Of a DNA stretch of 46,016 nt, positions 38,801 to 46,016 are shown one piece after another. This DNA is from a virus, in the IMG/VR virus record IMGVR_UViG_3300040770_000334, positions 1-46,016 of that record, one strand, 5' to 3'. Numbering within the stretch: position 1 is the stretch's first letter; every line of letters begins with the position of its first letter. The position numbers were made by a program, and so were the translations under genes. Under the pieces are notes generated by a model. That model was not told where the DNA came from, did no database searches, and was given only the letters and a program-made list of their open reading frames with translations.

Positions 38801-41800
38801 TGCATATATTGGTAGTTTATTATGGCGAGCTGATACCTCTGAACTTACAAATGGTGGGTCTGGTAAAGTTGACCCTATTGTTTGGGGTTTAAAAATAGGT
38901 GAAGAAACATTTAGTATGGCACCTACGATAGATATAGATGATGTTCCAAAAAGAAACCAATATATAAAAACTTTAGATGAGAACGATAATGATAACTATT
39001 CGGACCAGTTAACCTATCTACCAGAACAAGTTAAAGATGAGTTTAAAAGAATATTTTTTGATTTTGTTACGGGTGGTTCAACAAAAGATTGGCCAAGTTT
39101 AAAAAATAGGTTAGAGATATGGAGTGGGAGTGGTCATTCATTTTTACAAGAACTAATTTCATTAACTGGTAGAATAGTTAATGAAAGTAATGATAATAAT
39201 TATATCAAAGGAAGCCCATTTAAAAATTTTAAAAATGTTGATAAATATGAAGTGATAACAGCTCTTGCTGATTTGGATAGAAAACCATACTTAAAAGAGT
39301 TATTTTTAGAGTTACGTGGTGATTATGGAACGAATTACCCTAATGGTGATACAAACGTGATTAAGGACCTTATCGATGGTATGACAGAAGAAGTCATAAT
39401 TGCAAATACTGGTTATGGTACTTGGAGATATACTGGTAGTGGAAAGGCACAAATTTCAACTGGTTCATCAGCTAGTGTTGGTGGCTCTGGTACTGGGGGT
39501 TATACTTCAACAGGTACAGTAGATACCTCAGTGCGTAGAGATATTAAGGTGAGTACAGTAGAATTCAATAAATATTTTAATGAGATAGTTAGAATTTTAA
39601 CCGACAAAACTAATGAAATATCAACAAGTAAAATATTAAAAGACCAAGAGAACAAATTATTTGGTACATCTAATGATGATATCATTAAAATGCAATTATA
39701 CCGTCACTGTAAAAACGTTTATGATAAATGGCTTGGTGGTGCTAAAGATATTGATAATTTAATATTTCAATGTGGTGATGGAGCTAGAAATTCTCTTGAT
39801 TTTAGTGCTGCAACATATAACCGTAATTCAGATAAACCTAGACTTATTGATAGTTTTAAATTCGTAACAAGGTCATTTAAAGATATTGGTGATGAGTTAT
39901 TTATTAACCCATCACCTATTGGTGTTTCCTTAAGTGAAAATCCTAACTCTAGCGTTTATACCGCTATTACAGATTTATTAGGGTCAAATAACTTCCTATT
40001 CAATGCTTTACCTACATTTATTAATTATAAGGATGAAAATGTTCTTACCTCTATTTTTGAACCTCAACAATATGGTAAGGCGATAGAAAATGGTGTATGT
40101 GGTCCATCATTCGTTTGTGTTTATGTTGGTCAAAGTTCAATACATTTAGATTATAATGATTCTGATTACTCAAATGATAGTTTTGATTTTAAATGTGATG
40201 AAAATAGAAACCTAATTGGTTTACCTAAAGATTTTAGTGAAGATGCGTTAGCTCATGAGAATTCGGTACCAGTATTTGGGGTTAATTTTGGTCATCAAAA
40301 CCAAAATATATTTAAAGATATAACGCTAGACCAAAGCGAATTTGGTGAGACCGCTGAATCGTTAAAAATAGTTGATAATATCACGAAAAACGGTGCTGAA
40401 AACAATAAAACTTTGGCTGGTCAAAACATGTATAATGTTTATTCGGTACGAAGTTATAAAGCTGAGGTTGAGATGATGGGTAACGCTATGATTCAACCTA
40501 TGATGTACTTCCAGTTGAATAATATACCAATGTTCCATGGAGCATATATGATTACTAGGGTAAAACATAATATTAAACCAAATACTATGTCAACAACGTT
40601 TTCTGGTGTTAGGGTTAGGTTTCCAGAAACTAAATTATTTGATGCATCAGATTTATACATGTCATTAATTGATAGTTTAGATTTAAGTAAATCAAATGGT
40701 ACAAAATCAAGTGGTGGTTCAACAACTGGTAGTTTCCCACCAATTGTTTTAACAATACGTGAAAATGGTGGTGATAATGGTAATATAATAAATGGTAATA
40801 TTACTGGTACTAAAATACCAAATATAAAGGGTATTTCGGTACTGGTTAGTGGTGAGTCAAATATATTAGTTAGTGAAGCGGTTCCACCATTAGAAGAGAT
40901 GTTAAAGGAATGGGTTGCTTGGATGATAGCTAATGAGTTTAAAGGGATTAATGGTGTGTACGCTAAAATAAATAGTGCTTTTAGGTCAAATGCTGAACAA
41001 GTTAGATTAAAGAAACAATTAGGTGCTACGGCAGCTGAACCTGGTAGTAGTAATCATGGGTGGGGGATAGCTATAGATTTTCAATTTATAGCTAAAAATG
41101 GTGATGTTATTAGTAATTATTCTAATGGTAAACCAAATACAAGCGTTGGTTATGATTTAAAGAGAAACGAGTCATTAGTTTGGTTGTTAGAAAATTCTTA
41201 TAGGTTTGGATGGATAATACCAGAAACATTAAGAGATGATAAAGGTTTAGAAGAATTTTGGCATTTTGAATATCACGGTACATGTGCTGTAACAATGCTT
41301 AACGAAATGCCATTGATTAAAGGTTTATTAGTTAAAACAAATAAAACTGTTTCTAACTTAGTTAAAAATCCAAAAACAGTTAAAAATGTGGCGGCAGTTT
41401 ACACTAGTTGTAAGTATCAAAAGATAAAAGGTTTAGATGGTGGTAATGATGATGGCGAGGGCGTTAAAACAATTACTGGTGATGCACCAGACTTCTGGGC
41501 TCTATTAGCTATATGTTCGTTAGAAGCTGGGAATAAACAAGGTAGGGTAGATGTTGCACAGTCTATTTATAATAGGTTGGCAACACCAAATAAACCATAT
41601 GGTAAAACAATAAAGGGTATTATTATTGAACCAAAACAGTATGAACCAACCTTTAAAAATCGTGGGGATTGGAAACGAATTAAAGATTTACCAACAGCTA
41701 TAATAGCGGTTAGTTATTCAAAAGGTGTTTCTGAGACTACCGCTAGAATAATGTTAAGTGATACTAAAAATGCTTTGCTCGACCAAAATTTAATTAGCGA

Positions 41801-42002
41801 ATCAAAAGCATTTATTGGTACTAGGACTGAATTTTTAGCTAATGACCCAACGTCTAGTGAAGCGATAAGTGTTATCCAAAGAACCCCAGAAAATATACAT
41901 AATGCGTTTTACTGGCGTTATGCTGGTGTTGCGTTAAGGGGTAAGGCTGCACCAAACCCACCAAACTGGGGTGGTTTAAATGTTGATACTAAAATAAGTT
42001 AG
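35862..42002 (+). CDS. Large baseplate hub / tail lysin with M15-family peptidase and SleB-like (Hydrolase_2) domains
   Basis: Hub motif GNAMIQPMMYFQL..FHGAYMITRVKHNI; M15 SAFRS..QPGSSNHGWGIAID-like (AAEPGSSNHGWGIAID)..EFWHFEY; SleB-like LEAG..VAQSIYNR..QYEP. Confidence 0.8.
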   Translation: MVNNKIGCSAGKTSLIDPNNFSGTQFDNNTSVPLEDLNISVQLSTYKKGRTVLSAGSGGNNGQSSKTVKVNFIEGSVVNGVNVLTTKYTDLTTSFESGNDGGENIGITNIDIDFNSQQVPMVNISFVDVRGSAIFQNEDNILNGSNKFSTFFQLPYPMYELTVKGYYGQAVKYCLHMIKFNTKFNSQTGNFEITANFIGYTYAMLSDMILGFLKAIPYTTIGKDRYNLINTERQNAGKPPIIDLNELAIKIETITSEIAKISKDEKTAATIGASNRKNDILVSIKNEILILGQAIGVRQDTDSTDTSELPSEYKYIFTIINDNSLSINRLTTNVGKLIDEFNDGSKTTITKDVFDKIGDKLSIGVTNEELNDAIPLTTEKLQVLAGKLNVTPTLVTAKRTDIFKYSKRLGIISTINIYDLSTLYSELDRVKLNLTSETDDAKKEFAIVIKNSIRDKIGFEPTIRNIVEIFTTAVEVFMSTLYTVSIAAEGNPLRTEQLKQKFKPANSNDFKLKSDGDLVYFPWPDYREEDEANKQGFVEKYLGSYNVLNNPSNVNELEFIDNLLSAFLIADTKSQNALNALTLVEKLWLPINPVDTKLFVDNFPYKRLKDGGIDINAIAKTMVIRGMTFLGYSNAPNSLSDDDIIAMAGEEATSALRDIANTTVKGGLNGITLKDFVNAKGDIDGKSKLVLSLKDSEYYYEYISGSKDIKLLPITGNAENGLNNLNESDVFLTNYNNNTGKKGDIKKTDGGVYIKIFSDTEFNSTNTEFISSVTTTTQPIILSEIKKEPFDSAAAGFSLFGGKYGIQEFKDLTWSDSVGTTPLSLVFYKDSTTHPISSNRVTSKVDGTKYDLRTLDKKFYYDKTILFPSKKSIREYYYLNSGRNISLLKQNKLESNIAITYPFINYGYINQDFLNGKEEIFSLFGSTWYYSQSNSKYPEHSKAMLYLHTLPFRANSFEVNEIANLFNKRSGFIHAPKLWCAYIGSLLWRADTSELTNGGSGKVDPIVWGLKIGEETFSMAPTIDIDDVPKRNQYIKTLDENDNDNYSDQLTYLPEQVKDEFKRIFFDFVTGGSTKDWPSLKNRLEIWSGSGHSFLQELISLTGRIVNESNDNNYIKGSPFKNFKNVDKYEVITALADLDRKPYLKELFLELRGDYGTNYPNGDTNVIKDLIDGMTEEVIIANTGYGTWRYTGSGKAQISTGSSASVGGSGTGGYTSTGTVDTSVRRDIKVSTVEFNKYFNEIVRILTDKTNEISTSKILKDQENKLFGTSNDDIIKMQLYRHCKNVYDKWLGGAKDIDNLIFQCGDGARNSLDFSAATYNRNSDKPRLIDSFKFVTRSFKDIGDELFINPSPIGVSLSENPNSSVYTAITDLLGSNNFLFNALPTFINYKDENVLTSIFEPQQYGKAIENGVCGPSFVCVYVGQSSIHLDYNDSDYSNDSFDFKCDENRNLIGLPKDFSEDALAHENSVPVFGVNFGHQNQNIFKDITLDQSEFGETAESLKIVDNITKNGAENNKTLAGQNMYNVYSVRSYKAEVEMMGNAMIQPMMYFQLNNIPMFHGAYMITRVKHNIKPNTMSTTFSGVRVRFPETKLFDASDLYMSLIDSLDLSKSNGTKSSGGSTTGSFPPIVLTIRENGGDNGNIINGNITGTKIPNIKGISVLVSGESNILVSEAVPPLEEMLKEWVAWMIANEFKGINGVYAKINSAFRSNAEQVRLKKQLGATAAEPGSSNHGWGIAIDFQFIAKNGDVISNYSNGKPNTSVGYDLKRNESLVWLLENSYRFGWIIPETLRDDKGLEEFWHFEYHGTCAVTMLNEMPLIKGLLVKTNKTVSNLVKNPKTVKNVAAVYTSCKYQKIKGLDGGNDDGEGVKTITGDAPDFWALLAICSLEAGNKQGRVDVAQSIYNRLATPNKPYGKTIKGIIIEPKQYEPTFKNRGDWKRIKDLPTAIIAVSYSKGVSETTARIMLSDTKNALLDQNLISESKAFIGTRTEFLANDPTSSEAISVIQRTPENIHNAFYWRYAGVALRGKAAPNPPNWGGLNVDTKIS

Positions 42003-42022
42003 GTTCAATAAATTATTTTAAG

Positions 42023-42030
42023 TATCTTTG
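42023..42030 (+). promoter_or_regulatory. Bacteroidota -7 element TATCTTTG
   Basis: TAnnTTTG immediately before ATG 42035; the -33 position reads TAG rather than TTG. Confidence 0.5.
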
Positions 42031-42034
42031 TGAA

Positions 42035-42673
42035 ATGAAAGTAGCAAATATATTATCAGATACTAATTTAAGTGTTTCAGATTATTTTAATGTAGTTGAT
42101 TCCATGGATAAAATTATTCATGGAATCCCTACCTTAATTATAGGGTATGAATTTACTGATACAATTTTTCCAAATTTTGATGTAACTGAAATGTGTATAA
42201 AACATAATTTCTATTGGACCTTTAAAAAAAGGGAACGAAGAGATAAATTTGAACAAGATATGGATTGGTTCGTTAGTAAGGTTTTTAGTGAATTAATTGA
42301 AAATGTTAACTACGTTTACCTAGATGTAATACAGTATCCAGTTAAAACACAAATAAAAATTGTTAAAAAAATATTATCACTTAAGAAAGTTATTTCCTAC
42401 CAAAAGGGGTCTATGGTATATATATATGGGGATAACTTAATATTTGGTGTTGATTTAAAATTGTTAAAGTATGTTGGTTTTAATATTGATAATGTTAAAA
42501 CTAAAATTAAATCAATTAGTTCTGTCTTTTTGGTAGGTAATAAGATAATTATAGATTATACAACTATAGTTGAATCGCTTGGAAATCAAGTGAAATACAT
42601 ACCTTATATATATAATTTATTAAATGGACAAGACAATATTATTAGCGACATTCGTATCACCGAAAAAGGTTGA
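42035..42673 (+). CDS. Hypothetical protein
   Basis: 212-aa ORF on the coding strand with a host-type promoter element; no recognised motif. Confidence 0.6.
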   Translation: MKVANILSDTNLSVSDYFNVVDSMDKIIHGIPTLIIGYEFTDTIFPNFDVTEMCIKHNFYWTFKKRERRDKFEQDMDWFVSKVFSELIENVNYVYLDVIQYPVKTQIKIVKKILSLKKVISYQKGSMVYIYGDNLIFGVDLKLLKYVGFNIDNVKTKIKSISSVFLVGNKIIIDYTTIVESLGNQVKYIPYIYNLLNGQDNIISDIRITEKG

Positions 42674-43022
42674 TTGGTTCTTACAACACCTTGAAGTTAC
42701 TCACAATATAACAAAAAAAAAAGTATTTTGTTATAAAAATCTAGATGATGAAAATAATTTAATTTTCACGTTTAAACTTACATATCCTAGTGATAAAAAA
42801 ATAGAGATAAAGAGGTTATTCCCAAACGGTATTATTATACATAAAAAAGGTAATGCTCTATACACCATAAATGCTTTGAACAAACTAATTGACTCCACTG
42901 GAATAAAACCAATTGATGGTAATTATAAATCAGTGAAGGTTGATTGGTCAGATTATCAAAATAAATTAATATTAACTAATAGAGGTGAATTGATGTTTTT
43001 AAACATAAATAGGGTCTTTTAG
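42624..43022 (+). CDS. Hypothetical phage protein
   Basis: 132-aa ORF with an IHKKGNALYTINALN motif; overlaps the upstream gene by 50 bp. Confidence 0.65.
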   Translation: MDKTILLATFVSPKKVDWFLQHLEVTHNITKKKVFCYKNLDDENNLIFTFKLTYPSDKKIEIKRLFPNGIIIHKKGNALYTINALNKLIDSTGIKPIDGNYKSVKVDWSDYQNKLILTNRGELMFLNINRVF

Positions 43023-43070
43023 TGTTTTTACGATATTTATTATAAACTAACATACAATAAAAAAATAGTT

Positions 43071-43253
43071 ATGGAAAATAAAGATACAAAAAAAGATGTT
43101 AACCCATCATTAGACAAATTTTTAAATGCTGAGGATAAAAATCAAGATTTAGATTGCTCTACTGGTACTTGTGTTATCAAAGGGGATAAAAGCCTTATTG
43201 AGAGAATAAATAAAAAAATAATCACCGAAGACGGTAGACAACTATTATTCTAA
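43071..43253 (+). CDS. Small late protein with CxxGxC motif
   Basis: ATATTTAT at 43033; DCSTGTC; ends IITEDGRQLLF. Confidence 0.65.
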   Translation: MENKDTKKDVNPSLDKFLNAEDKNQDLDCSTGTCVIKGDKSLIERINKKIITEDGRQLLF

Positions 43254-43258
43254 TATTA

Positions 43259-44026
43259 ATGAAAAAGAAATTTAATCAAGAATTGTTAAACGAGGAACTT
43301 AAAAAGTTTAAGATGATAACAGAGTATGGTTTTTTCAGTGAAAAACAAGAAGAACCAACATATGAAGAAATTGCTGAAGTTGACGAAGAACCATCTAACG
43401 ATTTAGAAGGTGATGCCGAAAACGTATCCACTGATTTAGGTCTTGATACACCAGATGATGGTGGTGAAGCACCAGAAGGTGAACCAGCAATGGGTGATGA
43501 GCCAGAAGGTGAACCAGCAATGGGTGATGAGCCAGCACCAGAACCACCAGTTGAAGAACCACCAGTTGCACCATTACCAGCACCAGAACCAATTGATGAT
43601 GGCGTTGAAGTTGATGTAACTGAATTAGTTAAAGGTTCAGAAGAAGCAAAGAAATCAGCTGATTTAGCTGGTCATAATACTGAGCTATTACTACAAAAAC
43701 TTGCAGATTTAGAGGCACGTGTTGGAAACATGGATAAAGTTACCGCAAAAATTGATAACCTTGAAAAGGAGATAATTAGTCGTAACCCAACACCAGTTGA
43801 GAAACTAGAAATGCGTTCGCTAAGTTCATATCCTTATTCTCAAAAACTAACTGACTACTGGGCCGACAAAGAGGGTCCTTACGATGTTATGGGTAATGAG
43901 GCTAAGAAAGAAGAATACGTTTTACGCCAAGATGATGTTGATTCATCGTATAGTGATTCAAATATCAAAAAATCGTTCTCTGTTGACCAAAACGATGAAA
44001 ACGAATATGAAGAAGAAGATTATTAA
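43259..44026 (+). CDS. Acidic Pro-rich coiled-coil protein, prohead core/scaffold-like
   Basis: LLNEE/ITE leader, E/D/P-rich disordered middle, heptad-like C-terminal half. Confidence 0.5.
   Translation: MKKKFNQELLNEELKKFKMITEYGFFSEKQEEPTYEEIAEVDEEPSNDLEGDAENVSTDLGLDTPDDGGEAPEGEPAMGDEPEGEPAMGDEPAPEPPVEEPPVAPLPAPEPIDDGVEVDVTELVKGSEEAKKSADLAGHNTELLLQKLADLEARVGNMDKVTAKIDNLEKEIISRNPTPVEKLEMRSLSSYPYSQKLTDYWADKEGPYDVMGNEAKKEEYVLRQDDVDSSYSDSNIKKSFSVDQNDENEYEEEDY
43472..43535 (+). repeat. Perfect 30-bp tandem duplication (PEGEPAMGDE x2)
   Basis: ccagaaggtgaaccagcaatgggtgatgag twice, plus ccag. Confidence 0.95.
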
Positions 44027-44046
44027 TAATATATCGTAAACTATAT

Positions 44047-44081
44047 AAAAAGACCCTATAATTTATAGGGTCTTTTTTTTT
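44047..44081 (+). terminator. Intrinsic terminator
   Basis: agaccctata-att-tatagggtct followed by poly-T. Confidence 0.9.
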
Positions 44082-44108
44082 GTTTTAAAAATAAATATTA
44101 TTAATATG

Positions 44109-44139
44109 TTGCAACCATAGATAAACAGTAGTATGTTTG
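44109..44139 (+). promoter_or_regulatory. Bacteroidota-type promoter for ssb-recA
   Basis: TTG-N20-TATGTTTG; a second TTGACT-N16-TATATT lies at 44171-44198. Confidence 0.65.
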
Positions 44140-44254
44140 TAAATAATTAAACTAATGAGTAAAATATCGCTTGACTTTTGGTAAATTTTTAGTATATTAT
44201 ACATAACTAAGTAAAGAAAATAACAAACATAAATATAAACAATTAAAGAAAAAA

Positions 44255-45169
44255 ATGAGTACCGAAAAGAAAGAAATGACACAATTAGAGAGAATGATGG
44301 CCCAGTACGAGGACAACAACAAACCACGATTTGCTAAGGCTGAAACAGCAAAAACTTATGATTTAAAAAATTATTTTAACACTTACATTGCCGAAGGTCT
44401 TACTACGGCAAACAAAGAGGTTAGGATTTTACCTAACCCAGATGGAACACCAATTTCTCAGATTCGTGCACACAAAGCACAAGTTGATGGTGCTTATAAA
44501 ACATTTGCATGTTTAAAACATGAAAACAATGAAGCTTGCCCTTTCTGTGAGGCATACGATGAGTTGACAGCAACTAAAGACCCTAAAGACAAAGAATTGG
44601 CGAAACCATTTAACTCAAAGTTAATGTACATCGCTAAAGTTATCGATAGAGATAATGAGGATGAGGGTGTTAAGTTTTGGAGATTTAATCATGACTATCG
44701 TAAAGAGGGTATTTTTGATAAGATTCACGGTGTTCTTAACAGTGTGAAAAAAAACAAAGATATTTTTGACCCAGAAACTGGTCGTGATTTAGTAATTACA
44801 ATAAATAGAAACGCACAATCAAAAGCATGTGTTGTAACAACTATCGTTCCTTTAGATTCTGACGTATTGTCAACTGATGATACACTTAAAGCTGAATGGC
44901 TTGCAGATACTAGAACATGGAGAGATGTTTATGCTATTAAAAGCTACGACTACTTATTATTAGTTGTTAATGGTCATACACCAATATGGAACAAAGACCT
45001 TGGTAAATTTGTTGCTAAAAACGGTGAAACTGAGGAAGGTGATTCTTCTGAAGAAGAAGTTACTATGGGGCTTGAAACTGTTAAGTCTGGTATAGAGATT
45101 GCTAAGACTGCTGACAAAACTGCTGGTAAAAAAACAGCTGAAGCGGAAACAGATGATTTACCTTTCTAA
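44255..45169 (+). CDS. Single-stranded DNA-binding protein (T4 gp32-like)
   Basis: VRILP, H..C..CPFC zinc site, GVKFWRF, DIFDPETGRDL and acidic tail DDLPF. Confidence 0.88.
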   Translation: MSTEKKEMTQLERMMAQYEDNNKPRFAKAETAKTYDLKNYFNTYIAEGLTTANKEVRILPNPDGTPISQIRAHKAQVDGAYKTFACLKHENNEACPFCEAYDELTATKDPKDKELAKPFNSKLMYIAKVIDRDNEDEGVKFWRFNHDYRKEGIFDKIHGVLNSVKKNKDIFDPETGRDLVITINRNAQSKACVVTTIVPLDSDVLSTDDTLKAEWLADTRTWRDVYAIKSYDYLLLVVNGHTPIWNKDLGKFVAKNGETEEGDSSEEEVTMGLETVKSGIEIAKTADKTAGKKTAEAETDDLPF

Positions 45170-45188
45170 AAGGTAATATAGATTAAAT

Positions 45189-45218
45189 AAAAAAGGTGAT
45201 ATAATATCACCTTTTTTT
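45189..45218 (+). terminator. Intrinsic terminator
   Basis: aaaggtgat-ataat-atcaccttt followed by a T run. Confidence 0.85.
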
Positions 45219-45260
45219 ACCTAAAATAATTAATAACAAAAAAAACAAAGTAAAATAAAC

Positions 45261-46016
45261 ATGGCAAATAAACCAGTAAAAAAAAATATAGAAAAAGCAC
45301 CATTTGATAATAGTTCATTTAAGAAAAACCTAGGTTTAAGCGGTGAAACGGTTAAAGAGAAAGAAGTTACATGGATTCCATTTAAAAAAGCGTTCCATAC
45401 AGCAACAGGTTTGCCAGGTGTTCCAAGAGGCTATGCAAGTCAATTTAGAGGGTTTTCAGATGTTGGTAAATCAACTGGTATCTACGAAACTTTAGCTGGT
45501 GCTCAAAAATTAGGTGATTATTGTGTTATTATTGACACAGAAGGTAGTTTTAACTGGGAACATGCTAAATTAGTCGGTTTTAATTTCAACGAGATTGTTG
45601 ATGAAGAAACTGGTGAGATATTAGATTATGATGGAAATGATTTCATGTATTTCGGTGGTAGTGATTTATTGGAGCTATATCAAAATTTTGATTATAAAGA
45701 TTCAAAAATGAAAACAACACCTCAAAGATACGTGCCAGTTGTTGAAGATGTCGCAAGATTAATTAATGAAACGCTTGATAGACAAGAAAAGGGTGCTTTA
45801 CCATTCAATATAGTATTCCTTTGGGATTCTATTGGTTCGCTAGGTTGTTACCAAGGTGCAGTCTCTAATACTAATAACAATCAATGGACCGCTGGTGCTT
45901 TAAAGAGAGAGTTTGAATCTATTTTAAACCATAGAATACCAGCATCTAGGAGAGAGAAATCACAATATGTTAATACATTTGTTTCTGTACAGAAAATATG
46001 GCTAAGGCCAAATGCT
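45261..46016 (+). CDS. uvsX: RecA/UvsX-like recombinase, 3' partial (not in the ORF track)
   Basis: Manual translation MANKPVKK...GVPRG..GFSDVGKST (Walker A), IIDTEGS, VFLWDSIGSL (Walker B); open to the window end. Confidence 0.88.
   Translation, partial: MANKPVKKNIEKAPFDNSSFKKNLGLSGETVKEKEVTWIPFKKAFHTATGLPGVPRGYASQFRGFSDVGKSTGIYETLAGAQKLGDYCVIIDTEGSFNWEHAKLVGFNFNEIVDEETGEILDYDGNDFMYFGGSDLLELYQNFDYKDSKMKTTPQRYVPVVEDVARLINETLDRQEKGALPFNIVFLWDSIGSLGCYQGAVSNTNNNQWTAGALKREFESILNHRIPASRREKSQYVNTFVSVQKIWLRPNA

Noticed and set aside
21231-42002. Bacterial eCIS/tailocin locus
   Set aside because: Neck genes and phage replication genes (PolB, gp32-like SSB, UvsX) indicate a true phage.
185-44327. 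Short antisense or alternate-frame ORFs in the track (e.g. 2846-3253, 24098-24532, 26515-27099, 44085-44327)
   Set aside because: They are shadows of strong genes or low-complexity intergenic sequence, with no motifs or expression signals.
1-46016. Stop-codon reassignment
   Set aside because: Genes are full length under the standard code, and TAG and TGA end plausible genes (6757, 42002, 43022, 42673).
1-46016. tRNA or rRNA genes
   Set aside because: Intergenic gaps are short and AT-rich, with no cloverleaf or T-loop signatures noticed.

Overview
AT-rich segment of a large, T4-like contractile-tailed (myovirus) phage genome, read with the standard code. Repeated TTG-N20-TAnnTTTG promoters and A-rich leaders without Shine-Dalgarno sequences point to a Bacteroidota host. 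The window holds most of a neck/tail/baseplate module: gp13/14/15-like neck genes, repeat-built fibres, a SPRY+GH16 appendage, sheath, tube, a gp26/gp51-like pair, tape measure, an OmpA-containing tube initiator, a LysM-like wedge and a 2046-aa hub with two peptidoglycan hydrolases. Replication genes are interleaved: PolB, SNF2 helicase, glutaredoxin, gp32-like SSB and a partial RecA/UvsX. The most notable observations are: (1) fibre genes built as unique cassettes bracketed by near-identical in-frame DNA repeats; (2) three U-ARAU-A hairpins in a fibre leader, the last hiding the AUG; (3) late proteins with a shared protease-type leader, one masking a signal-peptide-like segment; (4) an internally deleted neck paralog; (5) a +1/-2 frameshift candidate; (6) an ATATTTAT late-promoter motif; (7) an origin-like intergenic region; (8) an unannotated RHH gene divergent from the sheath gene. 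Product calls come from motif recognition and synteny only; no searches were run.
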